This document shows positions 34,794 to 46,700 of a stretch of 64,000 nt of DNA, in pieces (position 1 is the first letter of the stretch; every line of letters begins with the position of its first letter). The notes beneath the pieces are model-generated. The model was given only the letters and a program-made list of their open reading frames with translations. It ran no database searches and was not told where the DNA came from. Origin of the DNA: Hydrurus foetidus (lineage: Eukaryota); NCBI GenBank assembly GCA_900617105.1, contig UYFQ01000852.1, positions 1 to 64,000 on the forward strand, in the 5' to 3' direction. The position numbers were made by a program, and so were the translations under genes.

Positions 34794-35296
34794 TCAGGTC
34801 TCCCTATAGACGCCCTCGATCTGGCGGTGCGGACCGGTCCGAAGTACCGGCTGTCGAGGCTGGTCGGCGTATCGCCCAGCAGGAAGCGCTCGTCCGCCCA
34901 AGCCGACGGCAACCGCGCCAGACGGGCAGCGCGGCGCCGATGCGATCCTTGCCGCGAACCTCGACCATTCGTCCCGGCGCGAGCAGCCACCGTCCATCGG
35001 AACAGACCGCGTCCCGGCTGTCGCCGCCACGCGCTTGATGAGGCGCACGTCAGCGGGCATGCCGAGCCGCGCCAGATAGGCACGGACCGAAGGCGGTTGG
35101 GCACGGTCACGACCGCGCCGCGATCGGGCGCAGCCGCGTCATTCCGGAGGTAGAGTCCTCTGGGCAGGCTCGGGCTCTCGCTGACGATCGCGAGCGCGGG
35201 TCCGTCGATCATGGCGCGCCCAGAAGCACGAGGCCGAGGATGGGGCCGACACTCGGGTACGAGACGGTGTGCGAAGAAGACTTGGCGACGGGTCAT
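34794..35296 (-). CDS. traF: S26-family conjugal peptidase (TraF-like)
   Basis: SESPSLPRGLY; LIKRVAA; FLLGDTPTSLDSRYFGPV. Confidence 0.85.
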
Positions 35297-36446
35297 CGGC
35301 TGTAGGGCTCCAGGATCAGGTCTCGCGTGATCATCACCCGAACGGGCCCCGGCCCCGATCTGGATCGAAGGGCGGACGCCGAGCTCCCGATCGATCAGGC
35401 CCTGACCCGGGACGCTTCGATCGAGGCGGCGTCCCCGGCGCTGGCGACTGCCGAACGGTCGTCGGAGTGGCCCGGGCGAGTTCGCCGAGGGTCGTGACGC
35501 CCCGGCGAACAGGCTGGCGACACCGAGCGACCACAGCCTGCGCTGGTTCGCCCCTGTAGGCCGACGGCCCCTGACCATCGACCGCCGGCTCCTCGGTCAG
35601 GATAAGGCTCTTGCCGTGGGCAGAACCATCCGGTCCCAGACGAGGAGCCCGGCGATCGCCATGGGCGCTCTCGCCCTCATGCCGACCGATCAGGCGCGTT
35701 CCCTGGGCACGACGAGATGCCGGCCCGTGATCGAGTCGAAGACATTCTGGTCACCGTGGCGACCACCGGGCCAGGTCGGGAGGTGTCGACGGCGGTCAGA
35801 AGGACCCCGAACGATGGCTCCGGCCTTCAGCTCATAGGGCGAGACCGGGCGACCAGGCCGTGAGGACTGTAGATCGCGCCGTAGTCCCGGCTGGATGGAT
35901 CCTGCACCGCGGCGGTCGTCGCCCGGTCGGCCGATATGGCTGGACGGTCGCCGCCCTCGAAGAAGAGCCCGAGGCCGCGGCCTGCTGGGCGGGCCCCGGC
36001 CCCCGGGGAGCGACGCGGTCGGCGGGCCATAGCGCGAGGAAGGGATCGGCGCGGGCGAAGCGATGGCGGGGTCTGTCCTCGTCCCTTCTCCCGGTCCGCG
36101 CGGCTCCGGCAACTCTCCGGCCGGTAGACGATCATAGCTGGCCGGCTGTTCGGTGACCCGCTCTGAGGGCGAACCCCGCCCCGCGTCTCCTCCACGCGAT
36201 CTCCCTCGGCCGCGTCGCGGGCCTTGGCCTTGAGATCCGGCTGGATGATGAAGGCCCAGGCCAGGGAGCCGGACAGCAGGAGGGCGGCGCCGGCGACCAT
36301 GGCTCGGACGACAGGTTTGCGAATACGGACGGCGGTCGGCCGGGCCGCACGACCCATCAGCGGAGGCGGTGGGGCCTTGGGCTGCGGCGGCGCACCGGGC
36401 TCGCCCGGCCCTCGGCGGGGCGACGGTCGTCAGGTGGGAAAGACAT
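35293..36446 (-). CDS. trbI: TrbI/VirB10 T4SS protein
   Basis: SPYELKAGAI; DLPGPVVA; NVFDSITGRHLVVP; ends RVMITRDLILEPYSR*. Confidence 0.88.
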
Positions 36447-36448
36447 GC

Positions 36449-37497
36449 TCATCGGGGCGCTCCTTCCAGGCGGCGGATCCGGACGATTTGCGGGCGTCGG
36501 TCTCCCAGCCGCAGTTCAGCCTCGTCGAAGACCCGGTCCACGATCAGCACGCCGTCGGCCTGGCGGTAGTTCACGAGCTGGAGTTCATCGCCTGAACGGA
36601 CGAACAGGGCCGGCTCGTCGATCGCCGCGTCCGGGGACAGGGTGATGAAGGTCCGGACGCCGTCGTTGAGGACGGCTGTCGGCTTCATCGGGGCGCGCGC
36701 CCTGCGGGTCGATCCGGTAGCGAGCGTCCAGCGGGCCTTGCGGGTGACCGCCGAGACATCGACAGGCGGCATGGCGTCGGTGGAGACCGAGGTGTCCAGG
36801 AAGCTCGCCCCGGCCAGGCCGTAGTCCCAGGCCACGGCCGCATTGAAGGCGTCCGGCGCGCCGCTGCGCAGTGTCAGGAGGTAGACACGCTGGCTGGTGG
36901 TGATCACCAGATTGGTTTCCAGACCCGTCTGCAGTGGCTTGATCAGGACGGGTGCGCACGCTCGGTCCTGCTCCGGACTGGCTCTCGCCGATCTGCCAGC
37001 GGACGGTGTCGCCGGCCGCCTTGGCCGAGACGGTCTCGCCAGGCGCGAGAGTCAGAGGTGACGCGCAAGGGCGCGGTCCACACCTCATAGACCCGACCCT
37101 CGCTCCAGGCGAAGACGCGCACGCCACCCACAAAGGCGTCCTCGCTGGAGGCGGCGCGCGCCGACCGGTTGGCGGCGGCGATGGCCAGGGCGTCCCGTCG
37201 GCTCAGCCGCGCGGTCGCGATCCGACGCGCGTCGGGAGGGCGGGCGGGGTGGTTCGATCTCGGCGAGATAGGGTCTTGGTCCCCGGGTCGTAGACGATGT
37301 CTCGGAAACGGCGGGAGCGCGATGGGGACGGCGCGACCTCTTCCTCGAGCGCGGAGACGGGCGAGACAAGGGCCGCCGGTTCAGGCGAGCTCGCTAAAGG
37401 CGTCGCTATGGGAGAGGCCGGCGTCGGGTCGCAGCAGGGCGCACCCGCCGACGAGCAGACAGAGGGCGGCCGCGCTCAGGAGGCGTCGGGGGTCCAT
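36449..37497 (-). CDS. trbG: TrbG/VirB9 T4SS protein
   Basis: RVYEVWTAPLRVT; LAPGETVSAKAAGDTVRWQIG; TNLVITTSQRVYLLTL; NDGVRTFI; LVNYR...LIVDRVFDEAELRLG. Confidence 0.9.
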
Positions 37498-38154
37498 GAG
37501 ATATCCTCGATTTTAAGGCCCAGGGGATTCTTCATCAGCTCCGCCTCGGTCTTCGGGGTTGTTGGGTGACGGTGATCAGGGCGCGCCAGCGTTCGGCGCC
37601 GGCCTGTTGCCCGTTGATGAAGCGCGTCTCTCGCCATTGAAGATCGAAGGTCCGGTCGCTGCGCCGGACGACGTTGAGAACCTCGACGCTGATCGCTTCG
37701 CGCCCCGCTTCGGCGAAGGGGTCCCGGCCTGGGCCCAGTCGTCGAGGAAGCCCGAGGCCTTGGGCGTCACCAGGTCGTAGGCTCTGAGCCAGTTCTGGCG
37801 GATGACGATCGGATCGATCGACTTGGACCTGACATCGCGGATCCATTGCGCCAAGGCGTAGCCGGTCTGGGCCTCCGTCGGCTCGTAACGTCCGTCCAGC
37901 GCCGTGATCCTCTGGGTCTGGCCCCAGTCGGAGACCTCGACGACGAACGGCCGAACGATCGCCCTGTCCGCCTGGACCCACCAGCCCGCTCCAAGGAAGG
38001 CGGCCAGTCCCAGATTGGCCAGGGCTATCCGGCGCCAGTTGCGCGCGGGCGATCGAAAGGCCCATGCGGTCGTCCCAGACCTGACCGGCGCGCTGGTAGG
38101 GCGTGGCGTCCGGCGAGGCGGCGAGCCGCCGCCTGGGTTTGAAGAAGGATGCAT
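37476..38154 (-). CDS. trbF: TrbF/VirB8 T4SS protein
   Basis: TPYQRAGQVWDDRMG; ARNWRRIA; VRSKSIDPIVIRQNWLRAY; FDLQWRE; KNPLGL. Confidence 0.92.
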
Positions 38155-38157
38155 GGA

Positions 38158-39509
38158 TCAGCCTCCTCTGGGCGACCTGGGGACAGGGTTCGCTGGTCTC
38201 GCCCGCCGGCATCAGGCCACGGCCGCTGTTGGCGACGAAGAAGGCCTGAAGGGCGGCCGAACGACCGGACGGAGATCGGGCGGTCGAAGCGGGCGCGTCC
38301 TGGGGCAGTGGCGGAGTAGGCCGGCCGGCCGGTCCGGAGCTTGCCGGCGAAGGCGGCCCGGCGCTCCCGGCTTTGCCGATGGCGTTTCTCCGGCCGACGG
38401 AGGAGCGGACGACGTCGAAGGCTCGGCCAGGGCGAGGACGCGGAGGCGGCGGGAGCCGGCGATGGCGATCGTCCGCTCACGAAGCCCTGAAACCCGAGGG
38501 TGACGAAGGCGGGGGTTTGGGACCCGACGATCCGCCGCCTGATGACGGACCGCCGCCGTTCGGCGGCCGGGCGGAGGCGGCGGCGCCCGATGCGGGATCG
38601 CGCGGAGCCGCTGACCGACGCGGCTCGCCCCACCATGGCCCCTGCCCGGCCGCACCGCCGGCGACGAGCGCCCTGGCTCCGGCCACGGCGAGGCTGCCGG
38701 TCAATGCGGAACCGGCCAGAGCGGGTCCGCCGGTCACCAGGGCGGAGGCCAGGTTGGGAATGAAGATCGCCAGCACGCTGAAGCAGGGACGCCACAAGCG
38801 ATGGTCAGGGCCTCGTAGACATCGGGGTTCGACGACGGTTGCAGCTGGTCGAAGATGGTCCGGGCCCCCGAGACCACGATGGCCAGGGCGAGGACCTTCA
38901 GCCCGGAGGAGACGACGTAGCCGAGGGGCGTTCGGCGAGGAAGGCGGTCTTGTTCCAGATCCCGAACGGCAGGAGGACGAAGCCGCCGAGCGTGACGATC
39001 TTGAACTCCAGCAGGGAGACGATGATCTGCAGGGCGAGGATGGCGAAGGCCAGCATGATGCCGATCATCGCCAGACCCAGGATCAGGGCGTCCACCATAT
39101 TGCCCATGACATCGAGCGGGTTGTCGACGGGCCGGCGTTTCGCCGAGCGCCTTCACGATCTCCCACCCTGCTGAAGAATGGCTCGGGTTGAGAAACTCTT
39201 CCCGGGACAAAGAGCTGCCGCCCGCCGTCAGACCGAGCTCGAGGAAGCCGGCATAGAGGGTCTCGGACAGCTTGCCAGTCGTTGATCAGCCGCGAAGGCC
39301 CCGATCAACAGGACCTTCCAAACCCGGAGGCGAGGACATCGCGGTTCGGGGACAGGGCCCACTGGATCCCCGTCAAGGCGACGACGAGGGCTATGAGAAG
39401 TCCGAAGACGCCGTTGACCGAGCCCCTGAAGGGCGTCAAAGCCGGCGGTGACGGTGTCGGAGAACACCACCATCAGCTCGTTCGGGGTTTCCATACCGGG
39501 GCCGGCCAT
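38158..39509 (-). CDS. trbL: TrbL/VirB6 T4SS protein
   Basis: KVLLIGAFA; LLEFKIVTLGGFVLLPFGIWNKTAFLAER; VVSSGLKVLALA; IFIPNLASALVTGGPAL; low-complexity tail. Confidence 0.92.
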
Positions 39510-39519
39510 CGGACGGCCC

Positions 39520-40287
39520 TCAGTCCGCGCGCGTGGCTGAGAGGGTTGAACGTCGGGGCGCGCGGGACGGTCGAGGTCCGCCCCTCAGAACCGCCGCCGC
39601 GCCTCGGCCGCCGCGTCGCGCTCTGCCGCCTGACGCGCCGTGGCCTCGGCCATCAGTCGCGCGATTGGGCGAGCAGGGTGGTCCGCATGCTCGCCAGGTC
39701 TTCGGCGAGCACGGCCAGCATCTGGGTGGAGGACTGGATCGCCGCGGTCTGGCCTTCGGCCGTCTCGCTCGCCGACAAGGCCTGAGCCTCCGGTCGCGAC
39801 CTTCGCTCAAACGTTCGAGCTCCGCGGCGGAGCGGGCGACGTCCTCGGCCGTACGTCGCGCCGTCGTGTTGCGCTGGCCGCCGAGTGCCAGAAGGTCCGC
39901 CGTCGAGATCGTCCGGGTACAGATCGGAGAACTGCCGCTGAACACCCTGGAGGGTCGAGGCGGTTCCACGCACGGTGCGGGCCAGTTCGCCGATGTCCCG
40001 CAGTGTCGCCGAGGATCTGGCGAGATGGCTGTAGGGCGAAGCCGCCAGGGTCCGGGCTTCGTTGGCAAGCTGCCGCGCCTCGTTGGCGAGGCTCTCGCTG
40101 GCGCGCGGCCTGCAGGTTGGTCTGAACGTGCGCGCGGGGTCGAAGACGATCTGCTGGCCGCGCGCCGGGGGCCGACCATCGCGGCAGCGGCGATGAACAG
40201 GGCCGCCAAGGCGACGAGGGCCCTTCTATTCGGCCGCGAGCCGATCGCTGGTGGACGGGTCGAAGCTGTCGAAGACGTTGTCGACAT
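39520..40287 (-). CDS. trbJ: TrbJ/VirB5-like conjugal protein
   Basis: Signal peptide, then QIVFDP; ALSASETAEGQTAAIQSSTQMLAVLAEDLASMRTTLLAQSR; sits between trbE and trbL. Confidence 0.75.
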   Translation of the reverse strand: MSTTSSTASTRPPAIGSRPNRRALVALAALFIAAAAMVGPRRAASRSSSTPRARSDQPAGRAPARASPTRRGSLPTKPGPWRLRPTAISPDPRRHCGTSANWPAPCVEPPRPSRVFSGSSPICTRTISTADLLALGGQRNTTARRTAEDVARSAAELERLSEGRDRRLRPCRRARRPKARPRRSSPPPRCWPCSPKTWRACGPPCSPNRATDGRGHGASGGRARRGGRGAAAVLRGGPRPSRAPRRSTLSATRAD

Positions 40288-40304
40288 GGTGCACTCCCTG
40301 GCTT

Positions 40305-42658
40305 TCAGGAATCTCGGACGAAGCGGTCCGGACGCGGGTCTCTCGGATCCAGGCCCGCCAAGACCTCCTCGATGAGGATCTGATCCTCGGGCGACGATGA
40401 TCCGCACAGGGCGAGTCCCGCCCCGGTGAGCTTCAGGTCGAACAGCCGCCGACCGGCGGGCTGACGCAGGTAGTAGGATCGCTTCGGGGTCGCCCAGGCG
40501 ATCACCTCGAGCTGGCGCAGGTTCAGGCCGAACATCCGGTAGAGATCAGCCGAGGCCGGCTCCAGGGCGCGAGGATTGGGCAGGAAGATCTGGGTCGGGC
40601 AGCTCTCGATCAGGGCCGAGGCGATCGACGAGCGCACCACATCGTCCAGAGACTGGGTGGCGAAGATGACGGCCACCGCCTTCTTGCGCAGCGTCTTCAG
40701 CCATTCCTGATCCGGGCGGCGAACGCGGTCTCGCCGAGGAACAACCAGGCCTCGTCCAGCACCAGCAGGGTCGGCCTTCCGTCGAAGCCGCGTTCGATCT
40801 CGTGGAACAACGCGCCGAGCACCGGAGCGACCGCCGAAGGCGTCGCCATCAGGCTTTCCAGCTCAAAGCATTCGAAGGTCGCCAGCGCGGCGCCTCCGGG
40901 CCACGCCGTCGACAAGCGCGCAGTGCGGCCCCTTCAGGGTCAGGGTTCAAGCGCAGCGGCGACCGCCTTGTCCTGAACGAGGGCGCAGAAGACGGTCAGC
41001 GTCCGTTGGCCGACTGGCGCTGGGACAGGGCCCCGAGCGCGGCCCATATCTCTTCGCGGACCCGGGAACAGGCTCCAGCCCTGCCAGCCGCACGGCGTCG
41101 GCCAGCCATTCCGACGCCCAGGCGCGCTCCCCGTCATCGTCGATCCGGGCCAGGGGCTGCAAGGTGAAATCGCCGCCCGGCTGCAAGGTGCCAGCGGCCG
41201 CCGACCGCCAGCGCCGCCGCCCGTGCGCTCCGGCCCTTGTCGAACGCGACCACGCGCGCCCGGGTAGCGGAACCACTGGAGCGCCAGGAAGGCCAGCAGG
41301 GCGCTCTTTCCCGCGCCGGTCGGACCGACCACCATCGTGTGGCCGACGTCACCGACGTGCAGGGCCAGCCGGAACGGCGTCGAGCCGCTGGTGCGGGCTA
41401 TCGCGAGCGCCGGCCCGCCGAGATGGGCGTCGCCGGCGGGCCCGGCCCAGACCGCCGACACCGGCAGCAGGTCGGCCAGGTTCAGGGTCGAGACGAGGGG
41501 CGTCGGACGTCGGCATAGGGTTCGCCCGGAAGCGAGCCGAGCCAGGCCTCGACGGCGTTGAGATCCTCGGTGCGGGCGATGAAGCCCTGGGCGTTCAGCG
41601 TCGCCTCGACGGCTCGCGCCTGCTCGGCGGCCCGTTCCGATCGCGGGCGAGAACCGTGATGGTGGTCGTGAGATAGCCATAGGCGCAGGCGTCCGATCCC
41701 AGAGCCTCCAGAGCGCCGTCGCACTCCTCGGTCTTGGCGGCGGCGTCGGTGTCGAGGAGCGGGACCTCCTCCTGGTGATCGCTTCGCGCAGAAGGGCGCC
41801 ACGCCCTTGCGCTTGGCGAACCACCGCTTGCGCAGCTTGACGAGCTCGACCTCGGCGTCCGCCTTGTCCAGGCCGATCCACCGCGCCGACCAGCGATAGG
41901 AGAACGGCAGGGCGCCGAGCGCATCCAGGAGGCCGGGCCGGGTGCTCGCCGGGAGGCCGCGAACCGAGACGACCTTTGAGCGTGTGCCCGTCCAGGGTCG
42001 GGCGACGCCGCCCACCAGAGGCGCGTCCGCCAGCCAGGCGTCCAGGAACATAGGGTGTCCGGGGCCTCGAGCGTAACCGGGCGAGGCGAGACGCAATCGT
42101 GAAGCCAGGTCAGAAGAGCTCCGTCATCCAGGGGCTCGACCTCGGGCAGGGCGTCGGCGATCAGGTCGGTGATCTGGGCGATCTCACGATGATAGGCGTC
42201 CAGGGCCGTGCGCCAGTCCCGGCTGGCCGGCTTCGCCCCGTCAAAGAGCCACCGCTCGACCCGCCGGGTCTGGTCCGCGGGCGGCAGCCAGGTGAGGGCG
42301 GCGCGGTAGTCGGTCTCGAACGCGGGGTCGCTCGTCTCGAAAAGCGCGCGCCGCTCCGCATCGACCAGCCAGGCCGCGCCGTCCTCGAACGCGCTTTGGG
42401 GATAGGGAGCGGCGTGACGGCGGCGGGCGTCGACATGCAGGCACCAGCCGCTGCCGAGCCGCTTGAGGGCATTGTTCAGCCGGGCCCTTACGGACATCAG
42501 CTCGCCGTCTGAAGCGGACTCAGATCCGGCCCCGAAAACACAGGCCCGAGGTGAAGGAGCCGTCCTGTTCAGGACGATCCCGGCGCGACCAGGGCGGCCC
42601 AGGGCAGGTGATCGGCCAGAAGGGCCGGACGCCGTCGATGTTCGTCGAGGAAGCGCAT
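40305..42658 (-). CDS. trbE: TrbE/VirB4 ATPase
   Basis: LADHLPWAALV; HVGDVGHTMVVGPTGAGKSALL (Walker A); LLVLDEAWLFL; KTLRKK; VIFATQSL; IESCPTQIFLPN. Confidence 0.95.
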
Positions 42659-42667
42659 GGTCGAGCC

Positions 42668-42944
42668 TCAGGCGTCCAGATGGCCGGGGACGGCGAGATG
42701 GCCGCAGAACATCGAAGAACCGCTTGTCGGCGCGGGCGGCGTAGAGGCCGACCGCATGGGCGATCGCCCACCACAGAAGGCCGAGCCACCAGATGCGCAG
42801 CGCCAGGCCCAGCATCAGCGCGATCGTTCCCATCAGGATGGCGTAGTCCCGCGGCATTCCCGCGATCGTCACCGGATCGGTGAGGGCACCGGCGACCGGG
42901 AGGTCCCAGCCCGCAGGGCGCGCGTCTGACGGCGAGCCGGTCAT
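42668..42944 (-). CDS. trbD: TrbD/VirB3
   Basis: GWDLPVAGALTDPVTIAGMPRDYAILMGTIALMLGLALRIWWLGL. Confidence 0.9.
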
Positions 42945-43263
42945 CAGCCGATCTCCACGCCGCCAGCGAACCCGAAGAACTCGAGGAAGAAGGTCGAGGC
43001 CGCGAAGGCGATCGACAATCCGAACAGGATGCCGAGCCCGCGCCGCATCGAGGAGCCGTTCTCGCTCATCGCCACGCCGGCGCCGAACAGGACCACCGCG
43101 ATGACCGCCGCGGCCTGGACGACAGGTCCCGTGACCGACTCCACGATCTGTTGCAGCGGGCCTTCCCAGGGCATGCCCGAGCCGCCCGCCAAAGCCTGTC
43201 CTGCCGAAAGCAGGCCGCAGTCACCGTCGCGGCCAGGAGGCCACGTTGAAGTAAACGCCGCAT
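42944..43263 (-). CDS. trbC: TrbC/VirB2 pilin
   Basis: GGSGMPWEGPLQQIVESVTGPV...LGILFGLSIAFAASTFFLEFFGFAGG. Confidence 0.93.
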
Positions 43264-43723
43264 CGGATTGTCTCCTTGTCGGTCCGCAAGGTCTGCGTTG
43301 ACGACCCACAGCAAGCAAAACCTTCCACAGGCTGTCAACGTGACCTGTGAATATATTTTAGGCACGGAAAGTAGAGGCCGAAGTTTTCGGAAGCGTTGCT
43401 GGAAACAGAAGAGAGGTCACGCTCGATGGATGACTTGTCGGAGAGTTGCCGCGCCCGCCGCGTTGTCCTTGTCGTGACGGCTCCCGGTCGGTCAGGCACA
43501 CGAATCCGCCGTGATTCACGCGCCGTCTACGGAGACCACGGATCAGCTTGCCTCCGAGGCTTCTGCGAGCCGCAGTGGACTTCAGAATATAGCGCGATCG
43601 CGCGCGAGCCTGGGGACAGTGACTGGTGACAGCTGTCGCAGAGGCGACATTGGGGAACCACCGGAGGTGGCGTGGCGACGTTCGGCTTCGCCCGCGCGAA
43701 TTGGGAACAGAATGGAGGGGACG

Positions 43724-46700
43724 ATGACCGATTCCGAGTTCCAGCCCGCCCCTGCCCCTCGACGGCGTCGAAACCCCGGTTCTACGAATGGAACACCGCG
43801 CCTGCGCGGTGGGAGTTGCTCACGGCCCGCCTTCTGGATCGCGATCCGTTGTATCGCGCGTCCGACCTGTTCGAAGAACGGGGCTTGAAGCAGTACGGCC
43901 TCGACGCGCTCGCGGAGATCAGGACCGGCGGTCAGGTTGGCCTTTCGGCCAAATGCTACGAGAAGGCGACGCCGGCCAAGATCCGGGACTGGTCCACCGA
44001 CTTCCTGAAGCATTGGGACAGCTACTGGTCGAAGCGCGATGTCCGCATCTTCATCCTGGCCATCGCGGCGCCAACATCATCAACGCCGGCAATCGCGACC
44101 AGATCGACACGGAGAAGGTCCGGTTCGCGGCCTTGGGAATCGACTACCAGGTCTGGGGCCCGAGCCGGTCTATGACCGCCTGCGGCCGCATGCCGATCTG
44201 GTGTCGAGATTTCTCGGTCTCGCCTGGCGCGATCTTGTCTTTGGCCCGCAACTCGCCCCGACGACGGCCGTCGACTTCGTGCTTCTGCGTCAACTCGAAC
44301 AGACCCAGGGCGTACTGGCCGAACAGGTCGAGGCCCGACTGTCGGGCCCAGGAGCTTCTCTGGGCGGGCGCGCGCGACGAAGTGGCGGGCCTTCTCGGCG
44401 CCGTCACCGCCGCCACAGTCTGGCCCCTGCTGCCTGACCCTCTTAAGGCCGACGCGTTGCGGATCGCCGCCCGCATGGCCATCGACGACCGGCGGCTCGC
44501 CGAGGCAGATCAGCATGCCGAGGCCGCCCAGGTCCTGGCTCCGGCGGAGCGGCTGATCGAGGCCAAGATCGCCCAGGCGCGAGGCGATCCCGGCAAGGCG
44601 CTGAAGATTCTGGGAAGCCCGACGACCCAGGCGGGACGTCGCTATCAGGCGAGCCTCAAGATCAATCAGGGTCATTTCGACGAGGGCGAGCGCCTTCTGA
44701 CCGCGATCAACGAAGAGCCCGATGATCCGGCCGAGGCGGACCGGCTCATGGCCTTCGTCCGACTGGGTCAGGGACGTTATGACGAAGCCTTGAGCCTGAG
44801 CGAGGCCGCCGCCGACCGCGCCCCGGGTCGTTTCTGGTGCGCCTCGACTGGCCGTAGCGCGATACGCGAACGGGCTCAGTCCATCGACGCCGAGCGGCTT
44901 CGCGCTTCGCGCCCCGACGCCGCCGTCCGAGTGGATCCGACAGGACGCCGACAGCATTGCGCGGCGGAAGCTGGCGCTGGACGGCTTCAAGACCTTCGAG
45001 GACACCGAGTTCGGAAAACTCGTGCGGGTCCAGGACTGGATCCTCGTCTGTCTGACCTGCCTGGAAGGTGGTGAGGCTGAGGCGATCTCGCTGATCGAGA
45101 GCCGTCTTGCCGCATCCGCGCTGGATCTGACGGCCGCCTACACGGTCTTGACCCGGACCTATCCGGTCGATCTGTCCGCGACGCGAGACGCTTTGAGAGA
45201 TCTCATCGAAGCCGGCGAGGCCGACGGCGAACAGGTAAGACTGTTCGTCCAGTTGCGCCTAAGCACCGGACCTCACGCCGGGGTTCTCGAGGACCTTGAG
45301 GGGCTGGCTCCACGGCTCGAGGGCGAAGGCCGGGACGAAGCCGAACGCTGGATCGAGGAGCTGCGACCGACGCCCGAGCCGATCGAGGCAGACCCGGTGG
45401 CTCAGCTCGCGATGTGGCTCGACGAAAGCCCGCCCGACCTTCGTGGCCTGGAGCTCGCCGGGTCGCTCGCCACAGCGAAAAGATGGTCGGATCTTGCGCC
45501 GTTTCTGGACCGCATCGACAAGTTCAGGACGCCGACGTCGGTCTCACTGATCGCCTATGTCATGCACCACACGGCCCAGCCCGCCGACCTCCTGGCTTTC
45601 ATCGACGACAACACCGAGGCCTACCCGGACGGCAAGCTGCCGCTGGACATGCGCCGGCTGCGTCTCGCCACCCTGAGCGACATCGACCCGACACAGGCGA
45701 TCGAAGTCAGTCAGACGCTGGCGCTTGAGACAGGCGAGGTCAGCGACCGTCAGCATCTCGTGGGTCTCCTCCTCGGCTGGTACGGCCCAGACCGCACTAC
45801 CGGTCATTCGACGGCTGCTGGCTGACGGGGCGGTCAAGGCCGGCGACGCCATCCGATACTCGGTCGCCGTCACCGGAGACGACCTGTCGCTGGCGAAGCA
45901 GCTCTGGCGACATGCGATGAAGGAAGGCGTCCCCGAGACCTTCCTGCTCCACGCCTTGTCGCAGGGCTACCGCCTGGGCCTCGACGACGAGGTCGCGCCG
46001 CTGATGCCCCGCATGGCCGAGCGCGCGCAAAGCGGCGCCGGCGACGTCTGGACGTTCGACGTCGAGGACTTGCCGGCCCTGATCACTCAGCGGCGGAGCG
46101 AGGTGGAGGATGTTCACGGCAAACTGCTGGACGGTCTGATCCCGATCCATATCGCGCCACGGGGACTGATGGGGTCGCTCGCGGGCCTGTACCGGCTCGA
46201 TCCCGACACGGATCACCCAGGGCCCCAGCCGCTGATCCTTCTTAGGCATGGGTCGCGGTCCATCGATCTGCAGGCCCCCGAGCCCTGGCGGGACTGGCAG
46301 ATCATTCTCGACCCGACAGCCCTGCTGATCGCCGAGCAACTGGAGTTGCTGGATCACGTCGAAGCCCCGCCCAAGCCGACCCTCATCAGCCGCAGCCTGC
46401 CGGATGTCCTCTATGGCTTCGAACAGGATGTGGCCCCGGGCCAACCCGCGCGGATTGAAGCCGCGCGCGCGGTTCTCTCGGCCTTGGGCGGCGGCCGCCT
46501 GGCGGTCGCCTCCGATCTCTCGCCGCACGATTGTGTCGTCCATGAACGTGAACCCGAGGGCGCGGGTCACACGGTCGCCGAGGTCGCCGTCGTGACCGCC
46601 GGAGGAGAGACGGAACCGGGTGGCCTGGTCGCCGGGGCGCGGCTTGTCTTCACCGCCGGCACGCTGGAATCGCTCGCTATGGACGGCCCCTGGACGCGGT

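Noticed and set aside
33773..35578. 601-aa ORF and other long Arg/Pro/Gly-rich ORFs, including antisense ones
   Set aside because: Chimeras of several real genes joined by indels, or GC-rich shadow frames.
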